Shown: one piece after another, positions 45,241 through 47,709 of the stretch
Position numbering within the stretch: position 1 is the stretch's first letter
How the letters are laid out: the number at the start of each line of letters is the position of its first letter
Assembly (NCBI GenBank): GCA_947303755.1
Contig: CAMYZF010000001.1
Span: 1 to 47,709, forward strand
Direction of reading: 5' to 3'
DNA from: an uncultured Erysipelotrichaceae bacterium
GTDB taxonomy: Bacteria > Bacillota_I > Bacilli_A > RFN20 > CAG-826
DNA length: 47,709 nt
Position numbers and translations under genes: made by a program
Notes under the pieces: generated by a model
The model's database searches: none
What the model was told of the DNA's origin: nothing
The model's input: only the letters and a program-made list of their open reading frames with translations

Positions 45241-46530
45241 TAATTATGAATAATTAATTTAATCAGCTCTTTCGTGCATTCAATCGTTCATGATATTCAT
45301 CCTCAAATTGGGATGGTGTTTTATTGCCTAAAGTTCTGTGCGGACGATAGTTATTGTAATAATCCATATATTCATCGATATCAATCTTGAGTTGAGCAAC
45401 TGTATCATAGGATTTTAGATTGATTAATTCCTTTTTGAATGTTGCAAAAAATGATTCAATTACTGCATTATCGTATGGGTTTCCGGTGTTTGAACAAGAT
45501 TGCTTAACGCCACAGAACTTCAGTAATTTCTTCATTTTCTTCGATGTATAATTTGACCCTCTATCACTATGAAACATCAAGCCTTTCGGCTCACCTCTAT
45601 CAAAATAAGCTTTGCTAAAAGTTCTTGTTGTTAATGAATCGGTATTGGTGGTGGAGACCATATAGCCGACAGCTTTTCTTGAAAACAAATCCATAATTAC
45701 ACATAAATAGCATGTGATTTTATCAATCTTAATAAAAGTGATATCACTAACCCAAACTTTATTCGGCATGTCTTGGATAAAGTTTTGTCTAAGGGAATTA
45801 TGTAGGAATAAATCTTTATTCTTTTTGGGATATGTTAGTTTCGTTTTGACTTGGTTGATAACTAAACTATTCTTCTTCATGATTTTAGATATTTTCTTTT
45901 GCGAGATGTCATATCCCATCTCGTGCAATTTTATCTTTATTTTTTGTGGGCCAAATCTGCCTTTGCTTTTTTCAAATATTTCAATGATCAGTGGTGTAAT
46001 TTCAATTGTTTCTTTTTCAAACCAGGTCAAATTGTCTTTATTTTTTAAATAGCGATAAAATTTAGCTTTATCTAAACCAATAGTGTTACAAACATGTTCG
46101 ACATTATATCCATCTTTATAAAGTCCAAAGGCGACATTTAAAAGATTAGCGTCTTGTATTGTTAATGCTTCTTTTAGCCTTTTATATATTTTTAATGTGC
46201 TATTTTGCTTGCTAATAGTTTCTTTAAGAATAGTAATTTCTGACTTTGTGTATTTTTTGTTATGGTTATCAATTCTAATCTTGTTTGAATAAACCCATTC
46301 GTTAATAGTGCCTCTTGGGATCTTATATTTATCCACAATCTCTTTAATCAGCATCCCGTTTTCATAGTCAAAAACAACACGTTGCTTAATCGCTTTGTCA
46401 TATTTGCTAGCCATATATTCTCCCTCCTTTGCTAACAAATACATTTTATTACGCAGACAATAGTGTCTCTTGGTCACGTCTGTTTACACAATGTGCAATT
46501 GGCTCTCGCGCATGCAAAGTGCTTTCCATT
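45241..46530 (-). mobile_element. IS3-family insertion sequence (boundaries approximate, terminal repeats not resolved)
   Basis: Contains a single-ORF IS3-type transposase. Lies directly downstream of tRNA-His. Confidence 0.6.
45263..46414 (-). CDS. IS3-family transposase (HTH + leucine-zipper-like + DDE rve domain in one frame)
   Basis: ATG at 46414 after AAGGAGGGA. N-terminal HTH (IKEIVDKYKIPRGTINEWV). DDE core WVSDITFIK ... HSDRGSNYTS ... NAVIESFFATFKKE. Stop is TGA. Confidence 0.9.
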   Translation of the reverse strand: MASKYDKAIKQRVVFDYENGMLIKEIVDKYKIPRGTINEWVYSNKIRIDNHNKKYTKSEITILKETISKQNSTLKIYKRLKEALTIQDANLLNVAFGLYKDGYNVEHVCNTIGLDKAKFYRYLKNKDNLTWFEKETIEITPLIIEIFEKSKGRFGPQKIKIKLHEMGYDISQKKISKIMKKNSLVINQVKTKLTYPKKNKDLFLHNSLRQNFIQDMPNKVWVSDITFIKIDKITCYLCVIMDLFSRKAVGYMVSTTNTDSLTTRTFSKAYFDRGEPKGLMFHSDRGSNYTSKKMKKLLKFCGVKQSCSNTGNPYDNAVIESFFATFKKELINLKSYDTVAQLKIDIDEYMDYYNNYRPHRTLGNKTPSQFEDEYHERLNARKS

Positions 46531-46582
46531 TTTTCTATATGTATAGCAAAGGTAAGAAATAATAAAAAAGTAAGGCCCATCT

Positions 46583-46675
46583 ATGTTTTGTCCAAAATGT
46601 GGAGCGGAAGTGGACGGTAACGCTATTTTTTGTCCTGAGTGTGGATGCAAACTAAAAGAACAACCATTGAAGTAG
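46583..46675 (+). pseudogene. Zinc-ribbon gene remnant, 30 codons ending at an in-frame TAG
   Basis: MFCPKCGAEVDGNAIFCPECGCKLKEQPLK*. The same frame stays open for 74 further codons after the TAG, up to 46897. Confidence 0.4.
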
Positions 46676-46786
46676 CTAGAGCGGACGTCACCGATATCAA
46701 AAATGGATATTTATTCATCCAGGGAAAGCGACATAGCTCTAAAGACCAGAGAGTGGAGCTGTTCAGCTTCAATTTTAATACTGAGT

Positions 46787-47122
46787 TTAGAAATCATCAT
46801 CTACATCCAGGTAATCATCATCTACATCCAGGTAATCATAATCTACTTCCACGTAATCATATATATAAATAGTTTTGCAAAATACTTTATCTGCTAAAAA
46901 CGCAATATATTTATCAAATGATTTGTTTCTGATTCTTCTTTTAACTGTCATATTTATAACGCAAGAATCTTTTTCTTTGCTGGAATATATATAATTAATG
47001 GATATTTCATAGCCTTCCATTTTTATTTCATTGTAAATGCCAGAAAAAATTCCATTCCCATAAAATGTAATCGTTATTTTTCTAGCATGCTTTCTATGTC
47101 TTATATCAATAATCTTATCCAT
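46787..47122 (-). CDS. Hypothetical protein with an acidic repeat tail (DYLDVDD)
   Basis: 111 aa. Its start lies 5 nt after the stop of the MATE gene. The C-terminus is encoded by the 21-bp repeats. Confidence 0.45.
   Translation of the reverse strand: MDKIIDIRHRKHARKITITFYGNGIFSGIYNEIKMEGYEISINYIYSSKEKDSCVINMTVKRRIRNKSFDKYIAFLADKVFCKTIYIYDYVEVDYDYLDVDDDYLDVDDDF
46793..46855. repeat. 21-bp tandem repeat, three units (two identical, the third with 3 substitutions)
   Basis: ATCATCATCTACATCCAGGTA x2, then ATCATAATCTACTTCCACGTA. Confidence 0.85.
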
Positions 47123-47127
47123 AATTA

Positions 47128-47709
47128 TTAGCCTTCTAGAGATGGTGATTTTTCTTGCTCATTAAAAGAGGGTGCATTTTTACCATTGTGTTTAACATAT
47201 CCATAAAACAAAATAACTGCGATAAGAGAACAAATAATATCAGTAATAGGAGTGGCCCAAACTATAAGATCTGGTCCAATAGAGTTATTTTCGACTTTTG
47301 AGATAGAAAAGAAGATAAACATTAAAGGTATATCTAAAGCCCCTTTTCTTAATAAGGCTAAAACAAGACTTCTCCAAGGTTTACCGACAGCTTGGAAAAA
47401 TGAAATAACTGTATAAGCAACGGCAGAAAAAGGACCACCGATACACAATATTCTTAAGAATTTTGTGGCGTAAGCAATAGAATTATTTTCGTGGATGAAA
47501 ATACTGGATAAAGGAGCAGCCCAAATCATAGAAATAATCATAGCTACCAAAGCAATGCTTATTGAAATAGCGCCACTAACATAGACAATTTTTGTCATTC
47601 TTTTACGATTTCCACTAGCCTTGTTATAACCGATGATAGGTAAAACGCCTTGTGTCATGCCTCTCACGGAAGAATGAGCAAACATATTGATTTTTTTGGC
47701 GACTCCAAT
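47128..47709 (-). CDS. MATE family efflux transporter, C-terminal part (truncated by the window edge)
   Basis: The frame is open to the window end. The TM-rich sequence GVLPIIGYNKASGNRKRM ... FFQAVGKPWRSLVLALLRKG is typical of the MATE C-terminal half. Confidence 0.8.
   Translation of the reverse strand: MGVAKKINMFAHSSVRGMTQGVLPIIGYNKASGNRKRMTKIVYVSGAISISIALVAMIISMIWAAPLSSIFIHENNSIAYATKFLRILCIGGPFSAVAYTVISFFQAVGKPWRSLVLALLRKGALDIPLMFIFFSISKVENNSIGPDLIVWATPITDIICSLIAVILFYGYVKHNGKNAPSFNEQEKSPSLEG

Noticed and set aside
46793-46855. Repeat array as a possible CRISPR.
   Set aside because: The units are directly tandem with no spacers and lie within ORFs. No cas genes are present anywhere in the window.
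1-47709. Systematic look for defence systems, toxin-antitoxin pairs, retron/DGR reverse transcriptases, prophage blocks, secretion systems or biosynthetic clusters.
   Set aside because: No reverse transcriptase, restriction/modification, Cas, STAND/ATPase-nuclease pairs, phage structural genes or core biosynthetic enzymes were recognisable. AddAB here is the housekeeping recombination enzyme. The novelty candidates are therefore the RNA units and unusual fusions or pseudoenzymes listed under findings.

Overview
Gene-dense, AT-rich chromosomal window with about 45 protein genes, 3 tRNAs and 1 insertion sequence. The standard genetic code is in use: several well-supported CDS end in TGA, and the tRNA-Trp carries anticodon CCA. 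A 1308-aa surface protease is held by a C-terminal transmembrane helix rather than a cell-wall sorting signal. Together with the gene content, this points to an Acholeplasma-like mollicute or a closely related low-GC Firmicute; that is inference only. Left to right the window holds: the 3' end of a possibly mobile-element protein and an orphan structured RNA; two membrane proteins; an S8 subtilisin-like surface protease with Big_2 repeats; an HTH-fused stand-alone TrpB plus a small GNAT-like protein; a long + strand block (membrane protein, membrane-anchored type-B carboxylesterase, lipoprotein, GT2 glycosyltransferase, DegV, Cys-type alpha/beta hydrolase, a split TrkA pair, two tandem TrkH paralogs, YqeY, tRNA-Trp); an amine-oxidase-fold flavoenzyme; a 490-bp non-coding gap with a candidate sRNA; a membrane-anchored XRE regulator next to a YugP-family zinc peptidase homolog that has lost HExxH; a K+-dependent-type membrane pyrophosphatase; flavodoxin-like, PAP2, YhhQ, SDR, ArsP_2-like, CDF and HI0933-like genes; tRNA-Arg and a HAD phosphatase; a CPA2 antiporter with a small PII-like partner; a Fur-box-controlled fused MacB-type ABC transporter; AddB(RexB)/AddA; a split ChrA pair; NUDIX; tRNA-His; an IS3-family element; a zinc-ribbon gene remnant; a 21-bp tandem repeat; and a partial MATE exporter. 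I found no CRISPR array, rRNA, recognisable defence island, toxin-antitoxin pair or biosynthetic cluster. The most unusual items are the two orphan promoter-to-terminator RNA units, the HTH-TrpB fusion, the XRE/dead-peptidase pair, the near-perfect Fur box over the ABC promoter and the complementary-degenerate Trk gating pair. All family calls rest on motif recognition by eye and memory of family consensus sequences; no database search was run.
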